DNA of 43,739 nt from Patescibacteria group bacterium (GTDB lineage Bacteria > Patescibacteriota > Microgenomatia > UBA8517 > UBA10165). Below, one piece after another: positions 25,841-34,618 of the stretch (position 1 is its first letter; the number at the start of each line of letters is the position of its first letter). Made by a program: the position numbers and the translations under genes. The notes under the pieces are model-generated. The model worked only from the letters and a program-made list of their open reading frames with translations. It did not search any database and was not told the origin of the DNA. The DNA lies in the NCBI GenBank assembly GCA_038062025.1, contig JBBTXW010000014.1:1-43739 (forward strand), read 5' to 3'.

Positions 25841-25990
25841 AAAGAACCACCCCTTTGTCGGAACCCTTCGACTTCGCTCAGGGTGGTTCCATCCGACTTC
25901 CTTGGTGGCTCTTAATTTCCACTATTCGCGAGTGGTCGCGTCCGGCTTAGTAAGCTTGGTGAGTGCTTACTCCACTCGCCGGAATTTAAC
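25841..25990 (-). ncRNA. T-box riboswitch leader of thrS (Thr specifier)
   Basis: GTCGGA-TGGAACC-ACCCT..AGGGT-TCCGAC antiterminator/antisequestrator; short Stem I AGTAAGC-ACTCACCAA-GCTTACT with ACC; pseudoknot CGCGA-CCAC-TCGCG..GTGG; promoter TTGACA/TGcTACAAT at 26025-25998. Confidence 0.82.
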
Positions 25991-26035
25991 TATATAAATT
26001 GTAGCACTTAGGGGAGTTGTGTCAAGCGGAGGTGA

Positions 26036-26278
26036 TTATTGGGTTCTGCGGGGTGGGGTGAGTTGAGGGCGGTCGGATTCGACCGTTTTTATTATATCTG
26101 AGAAAAATTTGCCGACAACTGGGACCCATTCGATCTTTGAACCAAAGTACCCAAGCGTGCCGAAAAGTATAGAGAGCCCAAGAGTTACTCCGAGTCCCCA
26201 GGCGATTCCGCCCATAAAGTTGTGCCACATCATTTGCCCAAGTGGTCTGTGGATTTTGTCGATTGGTTCTTGGCTCAC
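26036..26278 (-). CDS. Small membrane protein (DUF5665-like)
   Basis: NFMGGIAWGLGVTLG..WVPVVGKF; GTG 5 nt after TGcTATATT. Confidence 0.75.
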   Translation of the reverse strand: MSQEPIDKIHRPLGQMMWHNFMGGIAWGLGVTLGLSILFGTLGYFGSKIEWVPVVGKFFSDIIKTVESDRPQLTPPRRTQ

Positions 26279-26319
26279 AATTTAATATAGCACTTTGGTG
26301 TGGTAGTATAAATGACAAT

Positions 26320-26895
26320 ATGACTTGGATTAATCGGCTTTATATCTTCTTTATAGGTATCATTCTTTCAATAACAACCGGCTTTGGCTTGGCCGCATTT
26401 TATCCTGCTCCCCGAATGCCTCAATACCCGGTTGCTAAACCGTATACAGGAATTCCACGAAGCTGCTATGACACGCCAGCTAGCCAACAAACCGAGGAGT
26501 GTCAAAAGCTGATAGAAGAAGATAAGGAGAGACAAAGAGAATACCAAGCAAAGGATTCTGAGTATCAAGATCAACTTGCGAAATATAGAAATGTAAATGC
26601 TTCCTATACAAGGGCAGCTATATTTGTTGGCATTGCTGTAGGAACTTTTTATGCACTTTTGGGGTTAATGATGCTGCGCTCTTCAAAACTTGTTTCAAAT
26701 GGCCTAATGCTTGGGGGAGTTTTAACAGCTGTATTTACGAGGCTACTTGTTAATTTTGCGTCTTTGGGAGCAAATACGACCGGAACTATTGGCGCAGACC
26801 GCGCAGGATATATCCAATTTTCAGTATTATTGCTTTTGTCAATTGGGGTTTTACTGGCGGGGAAGGGTGTTTTGAAAGATTCTCCACAAAAGTAG
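26320..26895 (+). CDS. Hypothetical membrane protein (4 TM, extracellular Cys loop)
   Basis: Hydrophobic segments; ATG at 26320 after TGgTAGTAT. Confidence 0.75.
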   Translation: MTWINRLYIFFIGIILSITTGFGLAAFYPAPRMPQYPVAKPYTGIPRSCYDTPASQQTEECQKLIEEDKERQREYQAKDSEYQDQLAKYRNVNASYTRAAIFVGIAVGTFYALLGLMMLRSSKLVSNGLMLGGVLTAVFTRLLVNFASLGANTTGTIGADRAGYIQFSVLLLLSIGVLLAGKGVLKDSPQK

Positions 26896-26948
26896 TTTTG
26901 CAAAAAACGCTTGACTTTCGGATTCTTCCTCAAATCGGGCTTGGTTAA

Positions 26949-27290
26949 TTAAGTCTTGTGCAGGCCTCTGTACTCCGCTTTTACCTCCTCAAGCACTTCT
27001 AAATCGGAATACAACTTGGGCTTGATGATAAGCCCTGCCTCCAGGTCAGCAAGAGTTACTTTTAGCGGAATTGCAAAGCAGGCTGGACCTCTCTCTGTTT
27101 CGTAGTGGGAAGATGCAACCCACAAAAGGTATTCGTTAAAACGCATGCCGAAGTTTGAAACCGCGGCGGGGTTTGGCCAGTCGCTGACTGGACCCACAAA
27201 AACGACCTGAAATCGCTCTGGGTGGTTCATCCAATCGATGTTTTCTGGGCTTTTCGTGGTCGGGAAAAAGAACTGCTCATTTAATTCCAT
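26949..27290 (-). CDS. Hypothetical protein
   Basis: 113-aa ORF; may continue the upstream small ORF after a frameshift. Confidence 0.55.
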   Translation of the reverse strand: MELNEQFFFPTTKSPENIDWMNHPERFQVVFVGPVSDWPNPAAVSNFGMRFNEYLLWVASSHYETERGPACFAIPLKVTLADLEAGLIIKPKLYSDLEVLEEVKAEYRGLHKT

Positions 27291-27391
27291 TGGAACACAA
27301 CCTCGGATTTCTCGGAGTCACCGACCGGAACGACACGAATCGTTGGCACTTCGAAACCACAGAACCTACTCGGTTTAGTTGCTGTGACCAC
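27281..27391 (-). CDS. Small ORF (36 aa) or frameshifted N-terminus of the downstream gene
   Basis: AAGGAG plus GTG; MVTATKPSRFCGFEVPTIRVVPVGDSEKSEVVFQWN; overlaps the next ATG. Confidence 0.4.
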   Translation of the reverse strand: MVTATKPSRFCGFEVPTIRVVPVGDSEKSEVVFQWN

Positions 27392-27503
27392 GTACTTCTC
27401 CTTTAAGAGTGCAATATTTGGACTGTGGGAAGTATATTACTATTGAAAGATAAGGGCAAATTGAGGGTGGGTCAGCTGAGCTGACCAGTCACCAAGCTGT
27501 GCT

Positions 27504-27580
27504 TGGTGGACGATACAGGGCTCGAACCTGTGACCTCAGACACGTCAAGTCTGCGCTCTAACCAACTGAGCTAACCGTCC
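27504..27580 (-). tRNA. tRNA-Val(GAC), CCA encoded
   Basis: GGACGGTTAGCTCAGTTGGTTAGAGCG-CAGAC-TTGACGT-GTCTG..GGTTCGAGCCC..CGTCCACCA. Confidence 0.95.
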
Positions 27581-27617
27581 GTTTTTGTATTATACCAGAT
27601 GTTTGTACTTCGATTTT

Positions 27618-27674
27618 TCCTGATGTGTTGTACCTCTGCCACCTCGGAGGTGGATTTGTACTTGCACCTCGGGA
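27618..27674 (-). repeat. REP family A copy upstream of the RAYT
   Basis: (-) TCCCGAGGTGCAAGTACAAA-TCCACCTCCGAGGTGGC-AGAGGTACAACACATCAGGA. Confidence 0.88.
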
Positions 27675-27694
27675 TTTTTCTGGTAATATTGTTT

Positions 27695-28360
27695 ATGCCA
27701 GTACGGATTACTCCACTTGTTAGCGGCGAATATTATCATATTCTTAATAGAGGTATTGCTCGGCAACCAGTATTTTTTAGTAAATCAAATTACAAGCAAA
27801 TGCTTCTGGACTTGTCTTACTATCGATTTACGACTCCCCCTGTAAAGTTATCTCTTTTTAAGACACTTTCTCTTGAACAGAGAGATTATTTGTGGCGTGA
27901 ACTCAAAAAAAAAGATGAGAGGTTGGTAGATATATTGTGCTACTCGTTAATGCCCAATCACTTTCATTTGCTTTTAAGACAAGAAAAGGATGGTGGAATT
28001 TCTAGATTTATGAGTAGGCTAACTAATAGTTATACTCGTTTCTTTAACACAAAAAGTCAGCGGAACGGCCCCCTATTTCAAGGTGCTTTCAAAGCTGTTC
28101 ATATTGGTACCACAGATCAGCTTGTACATGTATCCAGGTATATTCACATAAATCCGGTAGTTTCTTATGTGATCCGGGAAGACCAGCTTGATACCTACCC
28201 ATGGACTTCATTCAAGGAATATTTAGACGGTCCAACTCTCGTTAATTCACAGCCAATCTTGGAGAATTTTAAGTCGATTGATGCTTATAAGGAATTTGTC
28301 TTTGATCAAGTAGACTATGGTAAGAGCCTGGAAGTTATTAAGCACGTTGCTTTGGAATAA
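27695..28360 (+). mobile_element. REP-associated tyrosine transposase (RAYT; HUH/Y1, IS200-like fold)
   Basis: YYHILNRG, HUH in LMPNHFHLL, GPLFQGAFK, catalytic Tyr in YIHINPV, YPWTS; palindromic repeats on both sides. Confidence 0.92.
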
Positions 28361-28361
28361 T

Positions 28362-28420
28362 ACTTAGGTGTCGTAGCTTATCCACCTCGGAGGTGGAAGT
28401 GTACTTACACCTCGGGAGTG
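28362..28420 (-). repeat. REP family A copy downstream of the RAYT
   Basis: (-) CACTCCCGAGGTGTAAGTACACT-TCCACCTCCGAGGTGGA-TAAGCTACGACACCTAAGT. Confidence 0.88.
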
Positions 28421-28429
28421 GGAGGGAAT

Positions 28430-29077
28430 TTAGCCGGCTGATCTTTGGGAGTAGTCTTCGCTTGAGAGGAGGCGTTGGGCTCCACCTTTTTGGACTTGGC
28501 CCCAGAAGGTTTTCTTTCTTGCGCGCTTGTTTGCACTTGCCAGCCACAGATTTGCTTCATAAATCTTCTTTCTGAATGAACGCATGAAGGATAGAAGGTT
28601 TTGGAAGAATGTTATGTGGTATATTCCGGGCTCAACGGGGGCCTGCATAACCGCGATTTTTATTTCTTGAGATAAGAAAGCCGTTTCTTTTACGACTTTT
28701 TCCGCCTCGGTGACTAAGGCCTTTAACTGAAGTTTCAATTCCTGTGTTTGGCGAGAGTTGTAGCTTTCTGCCTCTTGTATTAATTGCCGCGCGCGGGCGA
28801 CGTGGGCTCTGACAATTTTGTTTTCTTGTTTTTCATCTTCTAGGGCTTGATCAATAACTAAAGACTCCCCGATTTTGAGTTCACCTGAAGCACTAATTGG
28901 AGCACGCTCAAGCCCCAGCAATTGTCTTACAAAATCTTTAGGTGTCTCTTTGATAAGATTATCTCGAAATGAGTCAAAGCTGCCCTGGCCGATATCGCGG
29001 AAAGACTCAATAAATGAGTCGCGGTTGGCATTTGGATGTTTGGCTTTTGGCTTGTTTGGGGGATATTTTTGTGCCAT
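28430..29077 (-). CDS. Conserved hypothetical protein (DUF5660-like)
   Basis: Coiled coil followed by PVEPGIYHITFF..ANLWL..FWGQ. Confidence 0.7.
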   Translation of the reverse strand: MAQKYPPNKPKAKHPNANRDSFIESFRDIGQGSFDSFRDNLIKETPKDFVRQLLGLERAPISASGELKIGESLVIDQALEDEKQENKIVRAHVARARQLIQEAESYNSRQTQELKLQLKALVTEAEKVVKETAFLSQEIKIAVMQAPVEPGIYHITFFQNLLSFMRSFRKKIYEANLWLASANKRARKKTFWGQVQKGGAQRLLSSEDYSQRSAG

Positions 29078-29106
29078 TTTTAGTATCTTATCACACTTTA
29101 GTAAAC

Positions 29107-29970
29107 TTAGGGCATTAAGTTAGGCTTAAGAAGCTTGTCTAACGCCTTGCGTCTTTTGAGAACTCCTGCGACCATTGCACGTTGTGAATCGCTGACGTTT
29201 TGCTGATCTTTATCTGAGGTTTTGATCACCTGAGTTACCTCTTCGTCTGAAACGCTGATTTTTTCTTCATTTGCAATTTGGTTTAAGGCAAGTTCAAGCT
29301 TGATTGCTTCTTGGGCTTGTTGGGCAAGATCGGCTCTTAAGGACTCGATTGTTTTTCCTGTTGAGGCAAGGTATTGCTCAACGGTAAGACCTAATTTTTG
29401 AGTTTGATCTAGAAGGAGAGAAAGTTTGTGGTTTATTTCTTCTTCAATTAAGGCCTTAGAAATTGTGGCTTTTGCATTGGCGATTATCGATTCAAGAACT
29501 TTTTGTTCTTTGTCTTCGCGAGAAGCTTCTTTGTTTTCAGTTTTGCCCTGTGTGGGAGTCCAAATCTTTGTTCCCCCAACGTATTTTTTGTAGTCGCCTA
29601 CCTCTACTTGAGGCATCTCGCAAGTTACAGCTCGAATTGTCCAGTCGTTTTCTTCATCTATTGAGACAATTTCAAATCTGGGGGCTAAAACTGGTCTTAG
29701 TTTGTGCTCTTCAACTGCGGCTGCATAGGTTTCGGGAAGAAGTTTTTGGAGAGTTTCGTTATAAAGGTCATCTTTCCCAATTCTTTTTTCGGCAATGTCT
29801 GCGGGTACCTTTCCCTTCCTAAAGCCTGGAATCTCAAGTTTTCCGGCAAGGGATTTTAATGCTTCCTCTTTTTTAGCTTGCACTAGTTGTGCAGGAATTG
29901 TGAGAGTTAGCTGGATTGTTCCGTCGTCTTCACGAGCGAGAACTGATTTAGAATTCGTTTTGGATGCCAT
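29107..29970 (-). CDS. tig: Trigger factor (no PPIase domain)
   Basis: IPGFRKGKVP ribosome-binding signature; N-domain joined directly to the C-domain. Confidence 0.92.
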   Translation of the reverse strand: MASKTNSKSVLAREDDGTIQLTLTIPAQLVQAKKEEALKSLAGKLEIPGFRKGKVPADIAEKRIGKDDLYNETLQKLLPETYAAAVEEHKLRPVLAPRFEIVSIDEENDWTIRAVTCEMPQVEVGDYKKYVGGTKIWTPTQGKTENKEASREDKEQKVLESIIANAKATISKALIEEEINHKLSLLLDQTQKLGLTVEQYLASTGKTIESLRADLAQQAQEAIKLELALNQIANEEKISVSDEEVTQVIKTSDKDQQNVSDSQRAMVAGVLKRRKALDKLLKPNLMP

Positions 29971-29974
29971 AAAA

Positions 29975-30002
29975 GTAACACGTAACAGGTAACAAGTAAC
30001 AC
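29975..30002. repeat. Heptamer tandem repeat in the tig 5' UTR
   Basis: GTAACAC GTAACAG GTAACAA GTAACAC. Confidence 0.85.
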
Positions 30003-30042
30003 GTTACGAGCACAATATCGTGAATTATATCATAAACTGAGG

Positions 30043-31311
30043 CTATTTTCGAAGCTTCGCAAGGGTTTGCCTTGCTGCTTCTTGGTCGGACCATGGAATT
30101 TCCTCTTTGCCGAAGGCTAATGAGCGCTCGTGGCCCTTCCCGCAGATAGCAACAACATCTCCCTTTTTGGCAAGCTTTATGGCCTTTTCTATGGCTAAAC
30201 CACGATCTGGGATTCTCAAAACCTTGTGTTTTGTGTTTCTTACCCTTTTTGCCCCCTCAAGCATTTTTGAGAGAATTTTTCCCAAGTCTTCTGATCTGGG
30301 GTCTTCTGCAGTAAAGATTGAGATATCTGCAAGGCGCTTTGATATTTCCCCCATCATAGGGCGTTTGGCTCGATCTCTTTCTCCTGCACAGCCATAAACT
30401 GCAATGAGACGAGCACGTTTTGCTTTTCTTTCGTTTAAGGATGTGAGGAGTTTTTCAAGGGCGTTGGGGGTATGTGCAAAGTCAACAATTACTGAAAATG
30501 GACGGGTTTTTACGTACTCCATTCTTCCGGGGATTCTGGGGAACTCTGAGAGGACTCGCTGGATTGTTTTCCAGTCGACACCGAGATTTCTTGCAACCCC
30601 AATGCTTGCGAGGATATTTGAGGCGTTGTAGTTTCCCTGAAGTGTGGTTTGGATTTTATATCCGACACCGTTGTCTGTTGCTGAAAAAATAAGTCCGGAG
30701 GGTCTGTTTTTTATATTAAGAGCTTTAATATCGGCGAGGCCTGAGGTTGAGTACGAGATTATTTTTGCGTTTTTTGGTGAAGCTTTTTTGAAAAATTCAA
30801 ATGAATCATCGTCTTTGTTGAGGACTGCGAGTTTTACCCCGCGGAAAAGTTTTGCTTTTGCCTTTTTATAATTAGCAAAGGTTTTGTGGTAATCTAAGTG
30901 TTCATGAGTTAGATTTGTTAAAACTCCCGCATAGAAATTTGCCCCGAGTACGCGATGTTGATCGAGGCCGTGGGAGGTTACTTCAAGTACAACATGGGTT
31001 ATTCCCTGCTTCTTGAAGCGTTTAAGGAGGGGTTGGAGGGTTTTTGCGTCTGGGGTTGTTGTGTGGAGGCCAGTATCAATATATCTTTTCGAATCCCAGG
31101 CTCCGACTGTGGAAATTAGTGCTACCTTGAAATGTGCACTTTTTAAAATCTCGTAAATTAAGTGTGCTGTTGTTGTTTTGCCGTCTGTGCCTGTAACGCC
31201 AATAACTATCAGATCTTTTGCGGGGTACCCTGCTTTTTGGGTTTGGTAGAGAGAAGTTAAGAAATGACGGGTATTTTTCCAGCGCGCAACAACGGGATTT
31301 GTTCTTGGCAT
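30043..31311 (-). CDS. murE: MurE-family Mur ligase
   Basis: GVTGTDGKTTT, LEVTSHGLDQHR, TNLTHEHLDYH, DFAHTPNAL, EDPRSE, GKGHE. Confidence 0.92.
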   Translation of the reverse strand: MPRTNPVVARWKNTRHFLTSLYQTQKAGYPAKDLIVIGVTGTDGKTTTAHLIYEILKSAHFKVALISTVGAWDSKRYIDTGLHTTTPDAKTLQPLLKRFKKQGITHVVLEVTSHGLDQHRVLGANFYAGVLTNLTHEHLDYHKTFANYKKAKAKLFRGVKLAVLNKDDDSFEFFKKASPKNAKIISYSTSGLADIKALNIKNRPSGLIFSATDNGVGYKIQTTLQGNYNASNILASIGVARNLGVDWKTIQRVLSEFPRIPGRMEYVKTRPFSVIVDFAHTPNALEKLLTSLNERKAKRARLIAVYGCAGERDRAKRPMMGEISKRLADISIFTAEDPRSEDLGKILSKMLEGAKRVRNTKHKVLRIPDRGLAIEKAIKLAKKGDVVAICGKGHERSLAFGKEEIPWSDQEAARQTLAKLRK

Positions 31312-31411
31312 ATTTGTATATTTTTAACCCTGAGCATTGTCTTAAGTATACAACACTTGCGTTGTTTAAGCACGTTTTGGTAGCATACTTTTGCCCATAC
31401 AAAATTAAGTT

Positions 31412-31846
31412 GTGGTTGTAACTTCCAAAATTACTATTAATAGCACGGATCAAGTTCCGGAGCTAATAGACATTACAGACAAAATACACAAAGTTGTTAA
31501 GGATTCTGGTGTCAAGAACGGCCAAATTACTGTTTTTTCTCAGCACACGACTGCTGCTTTGATAATCCAAGAAAACGAAGAAGGAATTCATAAGGATTTA
31601 AAGAAATTTTTGACTACACTTGTTCCTGTGCATGGGGATTACCACCACTCTACTGCTCCGGATCATGTGGCAGACAGGATGCCAAACGGACATTCGCATT
31701 TGCAGCATTTTTTGTTGGGAGGATCTTCGCAAGTTTTGCCTGTGGTTGATGGAAAGGTTGAGTTGGGGCAATTTCAGAGTGTTTTTTTAGTGGAATTGGA
31801 TCGTGCAAGGACGAGGAGTGTGATTGTTCAAGTGGTTGGAGAATGA
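31412..31846 (+). CDS. yjbQ: YjbQ/UPF0047 family protein
   Basis: HTTAALIIQENE, NGHSH, LGQFQSVFLVELD. Confidence 0.9.
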   Translation: MVVTSKITINSTDQVPELIDITDKIHKVVKDSGVKNGQITVFSQHTTAALIIQENEEGIHKDLKKFLTTLVPVHGDYHHSTAPDHVADRMPNGHSHLQHFLLGGSSQVLPVVDGKVELGQFQSVFLVELDRARTRSVIVQVVGE

Positions 31847-31847
31847 T

Positions 31848-33116
31848 TTAAGCCACTTGTTCGCGGAGGGCTGAGTAAAACCTTCGTAGATAATCTTCAG
31901 ACTTTTCCCAATGCTCTTCCCCCAATCCCCTTTCGGCCATGTTGTGTTCCCTAAGTGCCAGGATACGAAGATGTGCTGCTTTTGTAGCCTGGAAAAGCGA
32001 GACTCTATAAACCTCAGCATAATATTCCTTGGCTAAGTCTTCTGCATCGCTTATGGATTCTATGCGATTTTTTCCGAAGGTTTTTTGCCAAAGCTGTACC
32101 TCAAGTGATGCAACCAGAGAAGGTTCAAACGTAAGCTTAAGTTCCGTTTTTATGATTTCGTAAAACTCTTTCAATTTTGCAACTGCCTTTTTCCATTTGC
32201 CATGTTTTCCTTCGGCAATTGCCTCAACAAATAGTTTTGCCGCTTCAATTGCCAAAGACTTGGAAAGACCGAATTGTTCGCGGATATGTTGGTGTGCATA
32301 GTCTTTGAATTTTGTTCCTTCGGGGATGTTTTGGAGCCTCCACCATTGAACTTCTAATTTTGCTGCAAGTTTAGGCTCAAAAGAGAGATGTTTTACTTTG
32401 TCGTTTCCGCCAAACCTACGTCTGCGTCTGCTATAGTCCAGAATGGCCCCCTTCAGCTTTTCGGGAGTAAAATTGGGAAGGTGCTCTGGCTCAAAATAAT
32501 ATTCTGCGTAGGTCATTTGCCAAGGCAAAAGACCACTTGCTCTTTGCTCACCGGAGGTTCTTATAAACAGATCGGGATTGGGATATGGCTGTCTAGCGGT
32601 GTCCAGATACGATTCGATAAGCCTTTCCTCGATTTCTTCAGCTGGCACTTTATTTTCAATAATTTTTCTAATAGCTCTCGTTATCTCGTCCTTTCCCCCA
32701 TAATCAAGAGCCAAATTTAAAACGTGATTCTTATAATCCTTTGTTTCCAATTCTACTTTTCTGATTTCATCGGCCAAATCTTTAGGGAATCTATCCTTCC
32801 GGCCAAGGTGAATAATCCTGACACGATGCTCGTGGCATTCTTTTTCAAGTTCTTTCAGGCCTTTTTTAAGAAGTCTAAACAATTCATTAATTTCTATCTT
32901 GGGCCGTTCCCAATTCTCAGTTGAAAATGCCCAAATGGTAAATGTATGAACCCCAAGCTGCCTACATGCCCTTGTGAGCTTCTTAACTGTTTCATAGCCG
33001 GCTTTGTGCCCTTCCCAGGGTTTTAAGCCTCTTGCTCTAGCCCATCGGCGGTTGCCATCCAAGATAATCGCAATGTGGTTAGGTATTACAGTTCCTTTTG
33101 GTAAGGTTAAATCCAT
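31848..33116 (-). CDS. uppS: cis-prenyltransferase (UppS) with a long helical C-terminal extension
   Basis: HIAIILDGNRRWA, AFSTENWERP, DYGGKDEI, PDLFIRTSGEQR, RRRRFGG; about 180 extra residues. Confidence 0.92.
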   Translation of the reverse strand: MDLTLPKGTVIPNHIAIILDGNRRWARARGLKPWEGHKAGYETVKKLTRACRQLGVHTFTIWAFSTENWERPKIEINELFRLLKKGLKELEKECHEHRVRIIHLGRKDRFPKDLADEIRKVELETKDYKNHVLNLALDYGGKDEITRAIRKIIENKVPAEEIEERLIESYLDTARQPYPNPDLFIRTSGEQRASGLLPWQMTYAEYYFEPEHLPNFTPEKLKGAILDYSRRRRRFGGNDKVKHLSFEPKLAAKLEVQWWRLQNIPEGTKFKDYAHQHIREQFGLSKSLAIEAAKLFVEAIAEGKHGKWKKAVAKLKEFYEIIKTELKLTFEPSLVASLEVQLWQKTFGKNRIESISDAEDLAKEYYAEVYRVSLFQATKAAHLRILALREHNMAERGLGEEHWEKSEDYLRRFYSALREQVA

Positions 33117-33117
33117 A

Positions 33118-33682
33118 TTATTCAAGTTCCACTCCAAGCTTTTTGAGCTTATCACAAAGAACATCCGTTGTCTCACTCAAATTTCCCTCGTTCTCAACCG
33201 CGATATCAGCATTTTTGAGAACTTCCTCTAAACCCGCTTCTACCAAGAATCCGTCCCTGAATTCTCTTTCAGTAAAGGCAACCTCTCTCTACTCCACCCA
33301 TTCTTCCCCCAACTCTTGATTCCCGAATTTTCTTATCAACCAAAACTGAGGCAACAATCACTTGGGATTGAGGGAACCACCCCTTGAAACTCCTTATCAT
33401 GTTTTCTCCATAGGCCACATCTGTTATCACACCCTTTATCCCTGTTTCTTTCAACAGATTTATTCTCGAATGCATTTCCAATAATGAATCATTCACAAAG
33501 TTGTTTATTCCGGTTTCGTGAAGCCAATGTCTTGCCCGTGCAAAACCCCTCGATTTAGCTATATCGTGAACCAGCTTCTGGTGCTCAATAAAACCATAGC
33601 CAAACCTCCTTGAAAACTCTCGCGCAATAGTCGTTTTGCCCGCACCACTATATCCAGCCAATATCAAAACAGGGAAATCCAT
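33118..33682 (-). pseudogene. P-loop kinase (NMP/dephospho-CoA-kinase-like), frameshifted at an (AG)4 tract at 33283-33290
   Basis: LAGYSGAGKTT Walker A; one extra AG restores VEREVAFTEREFRDGFL..ADIAVENEGNL..ELE, which stops 1 nt before the uppS ATG. Confidence 0.75.
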
Positions 33683-33684
33683 CT

Positions 33685-34590
33685 TTATCTAAATTTCATA
33701 TACTCTGAGACCCCGCGTAAAGGCCTTTTAAAGTTTAGAAGGCCGTCTGCCTCCCATCTCAAATAGGTAAAAAGTTTGTCCTCAACTTTTTCATTTATTC
33801 TGCTCCGCATTAGTCCGGCAGGAGAAACTTCGAAACCCAAGCTGGCGCTTCTCAGACCCAACTCAGCTTTTAAATTGGCCCCCTCTGGCTTATCTGCAGT
33901 TGCTAAATCCTTTAAAAATGATGTTTCAATTGGGAATTTACCGAATTTCTCGTCGCCACCATCAAATACATAGAACCTATTAATGTCTTGCCCATCTTGT
34001 GTGGTAATCTTAAAAAACACAACTGCTTCATTGTCTCCATTGAAATGACCCCATATCCAGTCTGAAATATATCTTTGGATCGGTAAATTTCCACACTGGT
34101 GATCATGGTAAGCGTAACCTTTCAGGCGTTTTTCCACCCCACCTAAGATTAGATCTGCCTTAAACTTGCCATTTATTATTCTTGGTAGCCACACCCCAAA
34201 ACCTTGACTAGATTCATATAACACCCCGTTATTAATGGGTTCTGGAGTAAAAGTTTTCTCTATTTCTCCTGTTAAAGCGGCGCCATTTTCAAAATGAAGA
34301 TTGAATTTAATAATATCTTTATTTTCGTAAAAATAATTATTATTGGCGAAAAGATATTCTCCAAAATTCCCAACGGGAAAATCTTTATCCCTGCCTTTAA
34401 GATAAAGCTTCTCGTTCCCAGCTAATAGTGCTGAAGCTGAATAATATGTTCCCCTTTTAATTCCGAAAATGTCGCTTGCATGGAGAACTATATTGAAAGC
34501 ACTTCGATCTTCTCCCACAAAATCAAAATACCACCACTCGTACTCACCCTCTTTGTTAATATGAGAACTGTTTATAAGCTCTTTATTCAT
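33685..34590 (-). CDS. CrtC/AttH/tocopherol-cyclase-like beta-barrel protein
   Basis: EGEYEWWYFD and GYAYHDHQCG..WIWGH motifs. Confidence 0.65.
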   Translation of the reverse strand: MNKELINSSHINKEGEYEWWYFDFVGEDRSAFNIVLHASDIFGIKRGTYYSASALLAGNEKLYLKGRDKDFPVGNFGEYLFANNNYFYENKDIIKFNLHFENGAALTGEIEKTFTPEPINNGVLYESSQGFGVWLPRIINGKFKADLILGGVEKRLKGYAYHDHQCGNLPIQRYISDWIWGHFNGDNEAVVFFKITTQDGQDINRFYVFDGGDEKFGKFPIETSFLKDLATADKPEGANLKAELGLRSASLGFEVSPAGLMRSRINEKVEDKLFTYLRWEADGLLNFKRPLRGVSEYMKFR

Positions 34591-34618
34591 CTGAAAAAGA
34601 TAGTATAATCATATCACA

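Noticed and set aside
26036-28420. Integrative island or prophage at tRNA-Val (also considered at tRNA-Leu)
   Set aside because: No integrase, no duplicated tRNA 3' end (att) and no phage genes seen
19096-29970. Short pheT, thrS and tig as pseudogenes
   Set aside because: Frames and catalytic motifs are intact; clean loss of the OB, TGS and PPIase domains fits streamlined genomes
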